Source: a virus
Reading direction: 5' to 3' (one strand)
UHGV virus genome: UHGV-1764962
Length of the DNA stretch: 15,187 bases
Both the position numbers and the translations under genes were made by a program. This document shows, piece after piece, positions 6,619-13,988 of the stretch. Position 1 is the first letter of the stretch. Each line of letters opens with the position of its first letter. Below the pieces are notes generated by a model, which saw nothing but the letters and a program-made list of their open reading frames with translations, had not been told where the DNA came from and searched no databases.

Positions 6619-8325
6619 TTACTCAGAGTCACCGGCATCAATCGTGTCGCCGCTTATAAAGTTAAGCCCGCCTTTTTTGGCCATTGTCAGCGTTACACGA
6701 GTGAAGTAATCAGCGCCGTTGCGTGGGTGCATATCGTTGATAGCCGAACCCCACAGCGTGGTACGGTTGACCAGCGCCGGAGTGGTCGGATGCTGGAACG
6801 GGATAGCCGGGACAGCATCACCAGTCACGAAGCCTGCTTTACCCGGATTTTCATCACGGACGTAGCACAGCACATCCATCGAGCTGAACTGAATGTTCTC
6901 TGTCGTTAAATTCTTACAAATACCAGCAGGTACTTCGTACACTTTCACGTTACCGAACAGGGTACCGATGTAGTGAACATACGGAGTCTGGATATAGTCT
7001 TCGGCTGGCTGGAAGAAATCCTTCGGCAACTGTTTGAAGAAAGATGCTGCATCAGCACCAGCAAACATCCCCATCGCACCAGAAGATTTAACGCGCTCAA
7101 TAATGTCGCGATATACAGTCTGGAATTTGCCACGAATGATGGTTGCCCATACATCAAAGGACTGGTTAACCGGCAAAGCGATGTCAAAGGAGTCGGTCGC
7201 AAGAGTACGCCAGATCATAATGCGAAGACGCAGCATATCCTGTTCATGAGACAGGTATTCCTTCAGGGTGCGGAACTGTAGGGAACCCAGGTCCAGACCA
7301 AATTCACGCTGTGCTTCATACGCCGCCTGTACCGTATGCTCAGCCGCGATAACGAACTGGCTTGGGAACAGGGTGTATTTCTTCATTTCGTGGTTGATCA
7401 GCGGGATCAGCTCAGGAGCGGCTTCAATATTGATTTCCGTCTCAATTGCGATCTCAGTGCCTTTATCCGGCGCTTTGGAGAACGACAGGGCAATCTGACC
7501 AATGTTGTAGTTCAGAGAGCAGGTAACAGTGATTTGCTCACCAGCAGCATTAGTAAACGAGTGAAGTAGGCTGCCGGAACCGTTATCAACAACAGACTTA
7601 ATACGGTTAACGTAGATGTTAGTGCGACCTTTTCGGATTGGTACATTCTGGCCTTCGAAGTCTTCCATCTTGAAGGTTGCGGTTTTGCTGGTGCCATCGG
7701 AGCTTGCCACCAGCACATAGCGGCGACGTAACTGGCTGTACACACCGACGGATTGCATGTCCAGAACATCACCAGCAGCATAAGAACCAAAAGAGGAACC
7801 TGCCACGTTAAAGACTTCATAGATGTCGGACTGGTCACGCGTAACCGGAATGAAGGTACACGCATCAGCGGTAGCTGCCCCCAACTGAACAGGCAGGATC
7901 ATCGCGAGGAATAAAGGCAGACGCATAACACCGTCAGAAACGCTCATCATCTCTGCTGCGACGGATTCCAGCATCGCTTTATTAGTGGCATCCATGCTAT
8001 TGCGGGTGGACTCAATCAGGCAGTTTTCCAGCGTCTGGTGGCAGGAGGCCAGAATTTCCGGACGCGGCATAGATTTATGTGCTGCGGCGTAGTCAGCCAG
8101 TGCACTTGCCCACGCTGTAGCGATTTGAGCGGTGGCATTATCAGAGATACCCGCAAAAACCGGGTCTTTACGTGCAGCTTCAAGGATAGATGCGGCACGC
8201 GCGGCATCATCTTTAATGAATTGGTTATCAGTACCGAACTGCGCAGTGCTTGCCCAGCCAAGCACAGCTTTAGAGCGTTTTGCGATATCTGCAATACGAT
8301 TCTGGTATTCGCGTAAGTTACTCAA
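6619..8325 (-). CDS. Putative major head (capsid) protein precursor with N-terminal scaffold-like domain, about 569 aa
   Basis: Large late-operon ORF; the N-terminal ~120 aa are helical and Ala-rich, consistent with a cleaved delta/scaffold domain. The ORF track start (8346) is a TTG with no SD; the in-frame TTG at 8323-8325 has SD aggaag with a 6-nt spacer, so 8325 is the more likely start. Assigned by size and position next to the partition locus. Confidence 0.5.
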   Translation of the reverse strand: MSNLREYQNRIADIAKRSKAVLGWASTAQFGTDNQFIKDDAARAASILEAARKDPVFAGISDNATAQIATAWASALADYAAAHKSMPRPEILASCHQTLENCLIESTRNSMDATNKAMLESVAAEMMSVSDGVMRLPLFLAMILPVQLGAATADACTFIPVTRDQSDIYEVFNVAGSSFGSYAAGDVLDMQSVGVYSQLRRRYVLVASSDGTSKTATFKMEDFEGQNVPIRKGRTNIYVNRIKSVVDNGSGSLLHSFTNAAGEQITVTCSLNYNIGQIALSFSKAPDKGTEIAIETEINIEAAPELIPLINHEMKKYTLFPSQFVIAAEHTVQAAYEAQREFGLDLGSLQFRTLKEYLSHEQDMLRLRIMIWRTLATDSFDIALPVNQSFDVWATIIRGKFQTVYRDIIERVKSSGAMGMFAGADAASFFKQLPKDFFQPAEDYIQTPYVHYIGTLFGNVKVYEVPAGICKNLTTENIQFSSMDVLCYVRDENPGKAGFVTGDAVPAIPFQHPTTPALVNRTTLWGSAINDMHPRNGADYFTRVTLTMAKKGGLNFISGDTIDAGDSE

Positions 8326-8376
8326 TTTACTCTTCCTTAAACACAAGGCACTTGTGTGAATCCCTTTTCGGAAGAG

Positions 8377-8404
8377 ATTTTATTGAAAGTCACTTGTTGA
8401 CTTT
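8377..8404 (-). promoter_or_regulatory. Candidate late promoter for the head/sheath operon (-10 TAAAAT plus upstream inverted repeat)
   Basis: On the minus strand: inverted repeat AAAGTCA-N5-TGACTTT (8386-8404) followed 3 nt later by TAAAAT (reverse complement of 8377-8382). No -35 hexamer, an architecture resembling activator-dependent phage late promoters. Confidence 0.3.
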
Positions 8405-8418
8405 CTCGTGACAAGAAA

Positions 8419-8443
8419 TTTTTTTTTTTCGGGAGGAGGGGGG
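8419..8443. repeat. Homopolymeric tracts: T11 followed by a G-rich run (gggaggagggggg)
   Basis: Eleven consecutive T at 8419-8429, then a G-rich run through 8443 including six consecutive G at 8438-8443; between parS and the head-gene promoter region. Confidence 0.9.
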
Positions 8444-8460
8444 AAAAGGTAAAATCCAAG

Positions 8461-8543
8461 GTGAAATCGTGGCGATTTCACCTTGAAATTTTAGAAGGAT
8501 TTACTTTAAAAACAGTAATTTAATGGTGAAATTTGAATGGCGA
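8461..8543 (-). other. parS: parS partition site (P1-type centromere with box A heptamers, box B hexamers and a central AT-rich IHF-type region)
   Basis: Read on the minus strand: TCGCCA (box B) - ATTTCAC (box A) - AT-rich core - ATTTCAA - GTGAAAT - TCGCCA - ATTTCAC. Plus-strand positions: gtgaaat 8461-8467, tggcga 8470-8475, atttcac 8475-8481, tggcga 8538-8543. Lies 5 bp downstream of the parB stop, as in P1. Confidence 0.75.
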
Positions 8544-8547
8544 AAGT

Positions 8548-9549
8548 TTAAGGCTTCGGCTTTTTATCGAGGCTCTTTCTAAGGATATGCCCAATCATCC
8601 TGTCGAGTTCTTCCTGTAACTCTTTTGAGAGTCGATTAAACTCATAAGAAAATGCACGGCCTTTCACGCGCTTCCTTGCAAAGCGATCCTTGTCCTCAAA
8701 TTTCCATAATTCAGTAACTACGGACTTATCTTTAGAACCTTTATCCGTGAGTAGTGAGGCTTCCTTTGTTATCAAGCGCAGGATTTTATTTTTAACTTCA
8801 TCTTCGGCCATTTCTTCAATGGATAAGATGTCGTTTATTTCCGGGGATATGTTTTGAATAAGCTGATCAAACTCTAAATTCTTGTTCCCCATTTCGTCGC
8901 CAACAGCACAAAGCGTTTTGTAGTCCGAAAAGGTTAATTCCGACTGCACAGGGAAAAGGGCGACTAATTCTTCCGGAGCACTCGCTGCCTGGAGAGCACG
9001 CGTGACCTTCGCCTGAGACAGCCCTTCTTTGGCTGCAATATCCTTCTGACTCATCCCATCATTTTTCATTCGCATCAAACGCAGACCTATTTCTCGAATG
9101 CTGTGCTGCAATGCTGTCTGAACGTCTTTCGCTAAATTTTGCGCTTCCTGAACGCTGATCTCCTGGTCCGTGACTAAAACCCGCAACCCTACGTTCTCTA
9201 AGATGGCAGAAGCTCGACGCCGGGAACCATCCAAAATTTCAATTTTCCCTGTAGCCCGTCTAACACCTATTGCAGGGTAAAATTGCTGATGCTTAATAGT
9301 GCTTCGGATACTTTTTAATGATTTTGGCGTAAGAGATGCCTGGTCACGCCCGTTGTTATGCTGATCAACAAAGGTATCGCTTTCTACCTGGTTCGGAGGT
9401 ATTACCTCTTCAATAAATATGGCCTGGCGACCAGTTGATAACTTGAATACCTGCTCGACTCGATCGCCAGAGGCTGAAGAACTATCAAATCCGCTTAATA
9501 TTGAAGGATTAAGGGTTCGCCCAATTGTTGGTCTGTTTTTCTTTGACAT
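8548..9549 (-). CDS. parB: Partition protein ParB (type Ia centromere-binding protein), 333 aa
   Basis: 333-aa ORF directly downstream of parA and upstream of parS; length equals my recollection of P1 ParB. Confidence 0.9.
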   Translation of the reverse strand: MSKKNRPTIGRTLNPSILSGFDSSSASGDRVEQVFKLSTGRQAIFIEEVIPPNQVESDTFVDQHNNGRDQASLTPKSLKSIRSTIKHQQFYPAIGVRRATGKIEILDGSRRRASAILENVGLRVLVTDQEISVQEAQNLAKDVQTALQHSIREIGLRLMRMKNDGMSQKDIAAKEGLSQAKVTRALQAASAPEELVALFPVQSELTFSDYKTLCAVGDEMGNKNLEFDQLIQNISPEINDILSIEEMAEDEVKNKILRLITKEASLLTDKGSKDKSVVTELWKFEDKDRFARKRVKGRAFSYEFNRLSKELQEELDRMIGHILRKSLDKKPKP

Positions 9550-9565
9550 GGGGGTTTCTTACTCC

Positions 9566-10762
9566 TCAGTTAGATCTGATAAATTCAATACGGTCGAAAA
9601 CTGCTTTAGCAAAATCTTCCGCGGCAATTCGCGCGTTCTTCAATGCATCAGCACTACCAACATACGTTGCCGGGTTAGCTGAAATAACAGTGTCAAAAGA
9701 CTCGCCGCAGCGTTCAAAACCGTCAAGGCGAGGGAGGACGACATCAAGCATATCCCCACCGAACACTTCTTTAGCCAGGCTATGGCAATACTTATGGTCT
9801 GCCTTGTTACTCAACTTGGACATAAAACCAATGTTAGTCGCAAGCTGGCACTCGCAGCCTTCATCCGAAATGAGTTTCACCAACTCAGGAAGGCGGGCAA
9901 CGTATTTAAGCGATGAGTGGAAATCAACCGTTGCAGGCGGCAAAGGTGTAAACAGTATATTGGCCGAGGCCAAAGCATTTTTCAGGAAGGCGTCAAGGTG
10001 AGGACCACTATCAACGAGGATAAAGTCATAATCGCTCTTCAGCTTATCAATCACATTTTCTTTCAGGACAGCATGGATGTTCTGACCCGGTAGATGCTCA
10101 TTGCACAGCTCTCTCCAATCGGATGCAATAAAGGCATCGTCAATCGACGCAGGCATAACGTCAACCCCAGGTACAACAGAAGGAACAATAAACTCCTCTA
10201 ACAGCTCTTCACGGCTTACATTCTGCAACATAGCCTGTGCAGATGTTGCGTTTACGATACCAATAGAGTGTTTATGGCTTAAAAACATCGTTGCTGAAGA
10301 TTGCGGATCAAGGTCAATAACCAGAATCCTTAAATCTTCCATCAGAAGATGAGGGTGAGCACGCATTGCATGCGCCAGAGAAACCGTCGATACAGTTTTT
10401 GACACACCGCCTTTAAGATTGGAGATGAAAATCACATACGCTTCGCTGTAGCGATCCCGGTATTTTGGCACTCCGCGATGTTCATATATGTCAATGATGT
10501 TCTGAATTGACATCGCATATTTCATTGAAGAGCCAGCAGGGCGTTTATCGAAAACATAACCCTTTTCTTCCATTTCACTCACGGCATAGTCAACGTTCGC
10601 TCGAGTCAGTAGAGGCAATTTTGCCAGTGCCGCTTTCGCATAGACCTGGTAAAACTCGTTCGCGTGTAGCTCATCCTTTTGCAACTGTACTTGTTCAGTC
10701 AGAACATTGAGCATTCTGTTTGCTCTTTGAGCAACCTTGTGAAGCTGGCTGGAATCACTCAT
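9566..10762 (-). CDS. parA: Partition ATPase ParA (type Ia, with N-terminal regulatory/HTH extension), 398 aa
   Basis: Deviant Walker A motif NLKGGVSKT; 398 aa as for P1 ParA; SD aaggatgg before the ATG; 16-bp gap to parB. Confidence 0.9.
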   Translation of the reverse strand: MSDSSQLHKVAQRANRMLNVLTEQVQLQKDELHANEFYQVYAKAALAKLPLLTRANVDYAVSEMEEKGYVFDKRPAGSSMKYAMSIQNIIDIYEHRGVPKYRDRYSEAYVIFISNLKGGVSKTVSTVSLAHAMRAHPHLLMEDLRILVIDLDPQSSATMFLSHKHSIGIVNATSAQAMLQNVSREELLEEFIVPSVVPGVDVMPASIDDAFIASDWRELCNEHLPGQNIHAVLKENVIDKLKSDYDFILVDSGPHLDAFLKNALASANILFTPLPPATVDFHSSLKYVARLPELVKLISDEGCECQLATNIGFMSKLSNKADHKYCHSLAKEVFGGDMLDVVLPRLDGFERCGESFDTVISANPATYVGSADALKNARIAAEDFAKAVFDRIEFIRSN

Positions 10763-10779
10763 CGAAAGCCATCCTTTAT

Positions 10780-10870
10780 GCTGTATTTTTGAATTTAATT
10801 AAAAATGCTGCATAAAATAATAATGTATGCACAGATGCTTGTACATAGCATTCTCTGCATGTTTGGTTCA
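10780..10870 (-). promoter_or_regulatory. parA promoter/operator region (AT-rich with imperfect palindromes)
   Basis: AT-rich intergenic region directly upstream of parA containing the palindrome atgc-t-gcat (10805-10813) and a recurring tgcat motif. In P1 ParA autoregulates from an inverted-repeat operator here (established knowledge); exact site not resolved. Confidence 0.35.
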
Positions 10871-10902
10871 TTTTGCACGATTGAGAGTTACAAGGAGGGC
10901 AC

Positions 10903-10923
10903 AAAAAAGCCCCGTTCAGGGGC
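10903..10923 (-). terminator. Rho-independent terminator after the T5orf172-like gene
   Basis: Stem gcccc (10909-10913) / ggggc (10919-10923), loop gttca; on the minus strand it is followed by a six-U run (plus-strand aaaaaa 10903-10908), 8 nt after the CDS stop. Confidence 0.6.
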
Positions 10924-10930
10924 ATCAGTG

Positions 10931-11740
10931 TTATTTGCTAAGAGCAGCGAATAATCGTTCGAAATCGATAGTATCTATAGCACGCGTAAGCGCCGGAAGT
11001 TCAGCCTCAAAGTACCCGTGTCGATCGTAAAAGAAGGGACCGAAGAGCGAGGCATGTTGGATTCTACTTCGCCCCAGCCCGGACACACAGTTAAGCCCAT
11101 TACCGGCTAAAAGGCTAAAAAACTTCTCTGGATTATCGTGGTAAAGCTGGGAATCAATGGTGGCGGTTAACTCTTCCATAGGGAAGCACACCCGCCTTGT
11201 CTCCCAGGGATATTTAGTCCGAAGCATAAACATTGCTTTCAGCAATTCACATTGAGCGCGGATCGCGTCCGGTTCATAGCCAGATATGGAGACATAAGCC
11301 ACGTCCCTCATTCCTGCGTCATCTTTGAAAGTCACGATAGAAGTAACATCCAGCTCTTTTTCGAAAGAGCGGGCAGCATCTACTGGACGCTGAAGTAAAT
11401 CATTCGACTTAATGCGCTCGAGAATCCCTCCCCACATCTCATTTAGATATTCGATATGAGCCAAAACCTTATCAAGACACTCTCGTGTAAACCATTCAGT
11501 ATGCCCGCCACCAGCGCTTTTCTCCCACGGCGCATTCCAGGGGAAAAAGGTTGCGTGTAAAGCCCGCTCAAGATTAACTATTGCCAAACGCGTACCACGA
11601 TAGACCCGTGAAAGCGCAAAATCGGGACTCACTTGTAGCCCTTTAAACCGTGCCAATGGACCACATGAAATGCCGATTTTAAAAGTATCTCCGTTCTCCG
11701 GCACCAGAACGTAGAGGTAGTGTTGTTTCTCTTCTTGCAT
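10931..11740 (-). CDS. Hypothetical protein with N-terminal T5orf172/GIY-YIG-like putative nuclease domain, 269 aa (UpfA-position gene)
   Basis: N-terminal ~100 aa carry the T5orf172 pattern: YLYVL ... FKIGIS ... LERALHATF ... GGGHTEWF ... LDKVLAHIEYL. Located between the incA-like iterons and parA. Weak SD. Confidence 0.55.
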   Translation of the reverse strand: MQEEKQHYLYVLVPENGDTFKIGISCGPLARFKGLQVSPDFALSRVYRGTRLAIVNLERALHATFFPWNAPWEKSAGGGHTEWFTRECLDKVLAHIEYLNEMWGGILERIKSNDLLQRPVDAARSFEKELDVTSIVTFKDDAGMRDVAYVSISGYEPDAIRAQCELLKAMFMLRTKYPWETRRVCFPMEELTATIDSQLYHDNPEKFFSLLAGNGLNCVSGLGRSRIQHASLFGPFFYDRHGYFEAELPALTRAIDTIDFERLFAALSK

Positions 11741-11773
11741 ATCAATACCACTGCTTGATGAGAACCGCGCAAA

Positions 11774-12030
11774 TGTTGACTATGCGCGAAAGTTAATGTG
11801 AATAGTTGACTATGCGCGATGTGACTACAGTCAAAAGTTGACTGTAGTCGATTTAACTCCACCAAAGATCGACTATGTAAGATATTGTCGGGAGAAACGT
11901 TGACTATACGCGATGAAATGACCCTAAAAGCCATCTCAATAGCGACTTGCAGAATATTGACGCCAGCAAAAATCCACCAGCGTCAACGAATGTCGCCTAT
12001 AGTCAACTTCTCGCTATCGCATATAGTCAA
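11774..12030. repeat. Downstream iteron array (incA-like copy-control locus), mixed orientation
   Basis: Iteron-like 15-16-mers: gttgactatgcgcga at 11774-11788 and 11804-11818, gttgactgtagtcga at 11836-11850, gttgactatacgcga at 11898-11912 (all inverse orientation relative to the origin iterons); forward copies tcgcctatagtcaac at 11992-12006 and atcgcatatagtcaat at 12015-12030. A perfect 10-bp inverted pair gactacagtc / gactgtagtc lies at 11822-11848. Confidence 0.75.
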
Positions 12031-12032
12031 TA

Positions 12033-12917
12033 TTATGGATTGCGCTTATGGATCTGGAAGCCGATTTTCCTGCCGTTTTTTATCTCTGAAAATTTAAGAT
12101 ATTCAATAGCTTCCAAATCTTTCATGGCTTTTCTGATAACGCTATTTTGCACGCTAACGGATGATTTGAGATTAAGCCTTGCTCTAAGGCGCTCAATGCT
12201 GACAGGTGCCGGGTTGGCGGGTAGAGCCTCAAAGAATGTATACAGTACCTTGGCCGTCTCTTTGCGCCCGAGCTTATCCAGCATCTTCAGCTTCAGGATT
12301 CGCTTATAGTCAACATAGTAAAGTTCAGATAGCTGTTTCTGCGGCTGGATCTCGATAACATCAAGCTCGGTATTCAGGCTGCTATATGCCAACAAGTTGA
12401 CGTTAATGTTATTGAGATGACCTTTTGCCGCCGGGAAGCGGAATTTGACAACTGTCTGCTGAATGCGTGTCAGAGAGTCATCAATACTTTTACGGAACGC
12501 CTTTGAAAGGCGCTTACGTGGATAGCCGCATCGATCGGCAAACTCGGAGAATGGCAGGGTGATTATGCCGTCATCATCAGGTGCGTAGTCAAACAACGCG
12601 GAGGTTATGCCCACCCACACCTTAAAATCAGTATCCATATCCAGGCGTGGGCCATGAATTTCAATTCCCTCATAGCCTTCCTGCTCAACAATTTTAAGGC
12701 TTGATAGTTCTTCGGTTGCGTTCGTTGTGTTTGTAGTAACTGACGATCCGCGACGTAGTGCCACATTGGTAGATTTTAAGGTTGGCACAAACACACCTAA
12801 GCGCAACAAAGCGATAGGTTGTATAGTGCTGTTGTTATTGGGCTTCAGGCTGTGGATTTCTCCTGTATTTCCTGCAACTTCTTCAACGCTAAGGAAGCCT
12901 TTACTTTCTTCCGGCAT
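12033..12917 (-). CDS. repA: Iteron-binding plasmid replication initiator RepA, 294 aa
   Basis: ORF flanked by iteron arrays on both sides; ATG at 12917 with SD ggaga; upstream array overlaps the promoter position, as in autoregulated RepA genes. Confidence 0.8.
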   Translation of the reverse strand: MPEESKGFLSVEEVAGNTGEIHSLKPNNNSTIQPIALLRLGVFVPTLKSTNVALRRGSSVTTNTTNATEELSSLKIVEQEGYEGIEIHGPRLDMDTDFKVWVGITSALFDYAPDDDGIITLPFSEFADRCGYPRKRLSKAFRKSIDDSLTRIQQTVVKFRFPAAKGHLNNINVNLLAYSSLNTELDVIEIQPQKQLSELYYVDYKRILKLKMLDKLGRKETAKVLYTFFEALPANPAPVSIERLRARLNLKSSVSVQNSVIRKAMKDLEAIEYLKFSEIKNGRKIGFQIHKRNP

Positions 12918-12997
12918 CGTGGTTTCTCCATGTGTGGCGCGGCCTGGCGTTAATTTAGATGACTGTTATCAACAGCTGTGAATATTCAGGCTCTAAA

Positions 12998-13098
12998 ATC
13001 GCGTACAGTCAACGTTTCTGTCGCGTATAGTCAACAATAAATCGCGTGCAGTCAACATAAAATCGCACACAGTCAACATAAAATCGCGTATAGTCAAT
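12998..13098 (-). repeat. Origin iterons (incC-like): five direct repeats with about 21-bp periodicity
   Basis: atcgcgtacagtcaac (12998-13013), tcgcgtatagtcaac (13021-13035), atcgcgtgcagtcaac (13041-13056), atcgcacacagtcaac (13062-13077), atcgcgtatagtcaat (13083-13098); centre-to-centre spacing 21-22 bp. Confidence 0.85.
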
Positions 13099-13101
13099 GT
13101 T

Positions 13102-13209
13102 GATCCCGTTTCAGGCCATGAACGGCGCGGCTTACAGCGATCCGGGATCTTCTTTGGATCTTCCTAGGTTCTCTTTGGGATCTGTTTATTGGATCTATGC
13201 TGTGGATAA
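13102..13209. other. Plasmid replication origin core: GATC-rich AT region plus consensus DnaA box
   Basis: Six GATC sites (13102, 13139, 13146, 13157, 13179, 13192), four of them inside repeated GGATCT motifs; perfect DnaA box TGTGGATAA (reverse complement TTATCCACA) at 13201-13209. Organisation matches the DnaA box / GATC heptamer / five-iteron layout known for P1 oriR. Confidence 0.6.
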
Positions 13210-13218
13210 GTTGAATAA

Positions 13219-13241
13219 ACCGGCCAACATAGCCGGTTGGA
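13219..13241 (-). terminator. Terminator-like hairpin downstream of the 130-aa gene
   Basis: Stem aaccggc (13219-13225) / gccggtt (13233-13239), loop caacata; on the minus strand followed by tattcaactt (weak U-run). Confidence 0.35.
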
Positions 13242-13251
13242 AGGAAGGGTA

Positions 13252-13644
13252 TTATTCTACGCTTTCGATAAGAAGACCATGTTCATAACATTTAAGCTCA
13301 TCGCCTTCGTACAGGAATTGGTATCCAATACCACCATATTCAGGCACATTAGGGAATAACTCATCACTTACCGAAGAACAAATCACACCAATGCAGCGAT
13401 CAACGCCTTCTCGTTCTTCAGTGCTGAAAAAATCCTCTTCGGTAAGAACATGAGTACATTGCTCATCAGCATAGGTCGGAAATACATGCTCGATGCAATC
13501 CGGGTGTTTTAAACCAAGCTGATCGGCAAGCTCGAAAGCATGACGGTATTGTTCAGATCCTGGCTTGCCAACAGTGATGTGCTCAATTTTGTAGATTGAA
13601 GTCGCTTTGTTGATAGTTTGCTTTACTGTTACTTTATCAGACAT
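13252..13644 (-). CDS. Hypothetical acidic Cys/His-rich small protein, 130 aa
   Basis: ATG at 13644 with SD aaggga; Asp/Glu-rich with several Cys and His; no recognisable family. Confidence 0.5.
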   Translation of the reverse strand: MSDKVTVKQTINKATSIYKIEHITVGKPGSEQYRHAFELADQLGLKHPDCIEHVFPTYADEQCTHVLTEEDFFSTEEREGVDRCIGVICSSVSDELFPNVPEYGGIGYQFLYEGDELKCYEHGLLIESVE

Positions 13645-13655
13645 AAAAATCCCTT

Positions 13656-13988
13656 TTAGTTACCGCTGATAGCGCGGTTGTAATCATTAACGTTGCGATT
13701 CTTCCTGTTAATCCCCATCAGCATCGTTTCTGTATCAAGGATATAGGCTGGCAGATCATCAAAATATTCACTGCTAAACTCTGGCATCCTGCACATAAAT
13801 GCACTTTTGGGGGCAGGGTGGTTAACCTTTGTCGGCGTCGGCGTTAAATTCGCTGATCGACTGCCGGAGCAACCGCTGAGTGTCAGCAGGAATGCGCTGG
13901 CGAACATTACCCGCCGCAACCAGTTGTTTCTGAACTTCAGCTTTTCGTTCCATTTGCCTGTCAGCATATTTGGCTTGTTCTGATTCAT
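13656..13988 (-). CDS. Outer-membrane lipoprotein, o-spanin (Rz1)-like, 110 aa precursor
   Basis: Signal peptide with lipobox LTLSGC (Cys 40); ATG at 13988 with SD aggaag; the gene starts inside the 3' end of the upstream i-spanin-like gene in another frame and extends beyond it. Confidence 0.5.
   Translation of the reverse strand: MNQNKPNMLTGKWNEKLKFRNNWLRRVMFASAFLLTLSGCSGSRSANLTPTPTKVNHPAPKSAFMCRMPEFSSEYFDDLPAYILDTETMLMGINRKNRNVNDYNRAISGN

Noticed and set aside
8405-8430. Weak hairpin plus T11 as a plus-strand terminator
   Set aside because: Stem is only 5 bp with a 13-nt loop and no plus-strand gene ends upstream; kept as a homopolymer tract rather than a terminator.
9419-10001. Plus-strand ORFs of 87 and 158 aa across parB/parA
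   Set aside because: Antisense to the partition genes, which have the expected motifs and lengths.
11629-12309. ORFs of 101, 70 and 120 aa spanning the downstream iteron array and the repA 3' end
   Set aside because: They run through repeated iteron DNA or antisense to repA; open frames here are a by-product of the repeat structure.
12989-13000. gctctaaaat as a possible C1 operator
   Set aside because: Matches only the central part of the 17-bp consensus and overlaps the first iteron; most likely chance similarity.
11774-13098. Direct-repeat arrays as a possible CRISPR locus
   Set aside because: Repeats are 15-19 bp with only ~6-bp spacers and a 21-bp period, flank a replication initiator gene and include inverted copies; this is iteron architecture, not CRISPR.
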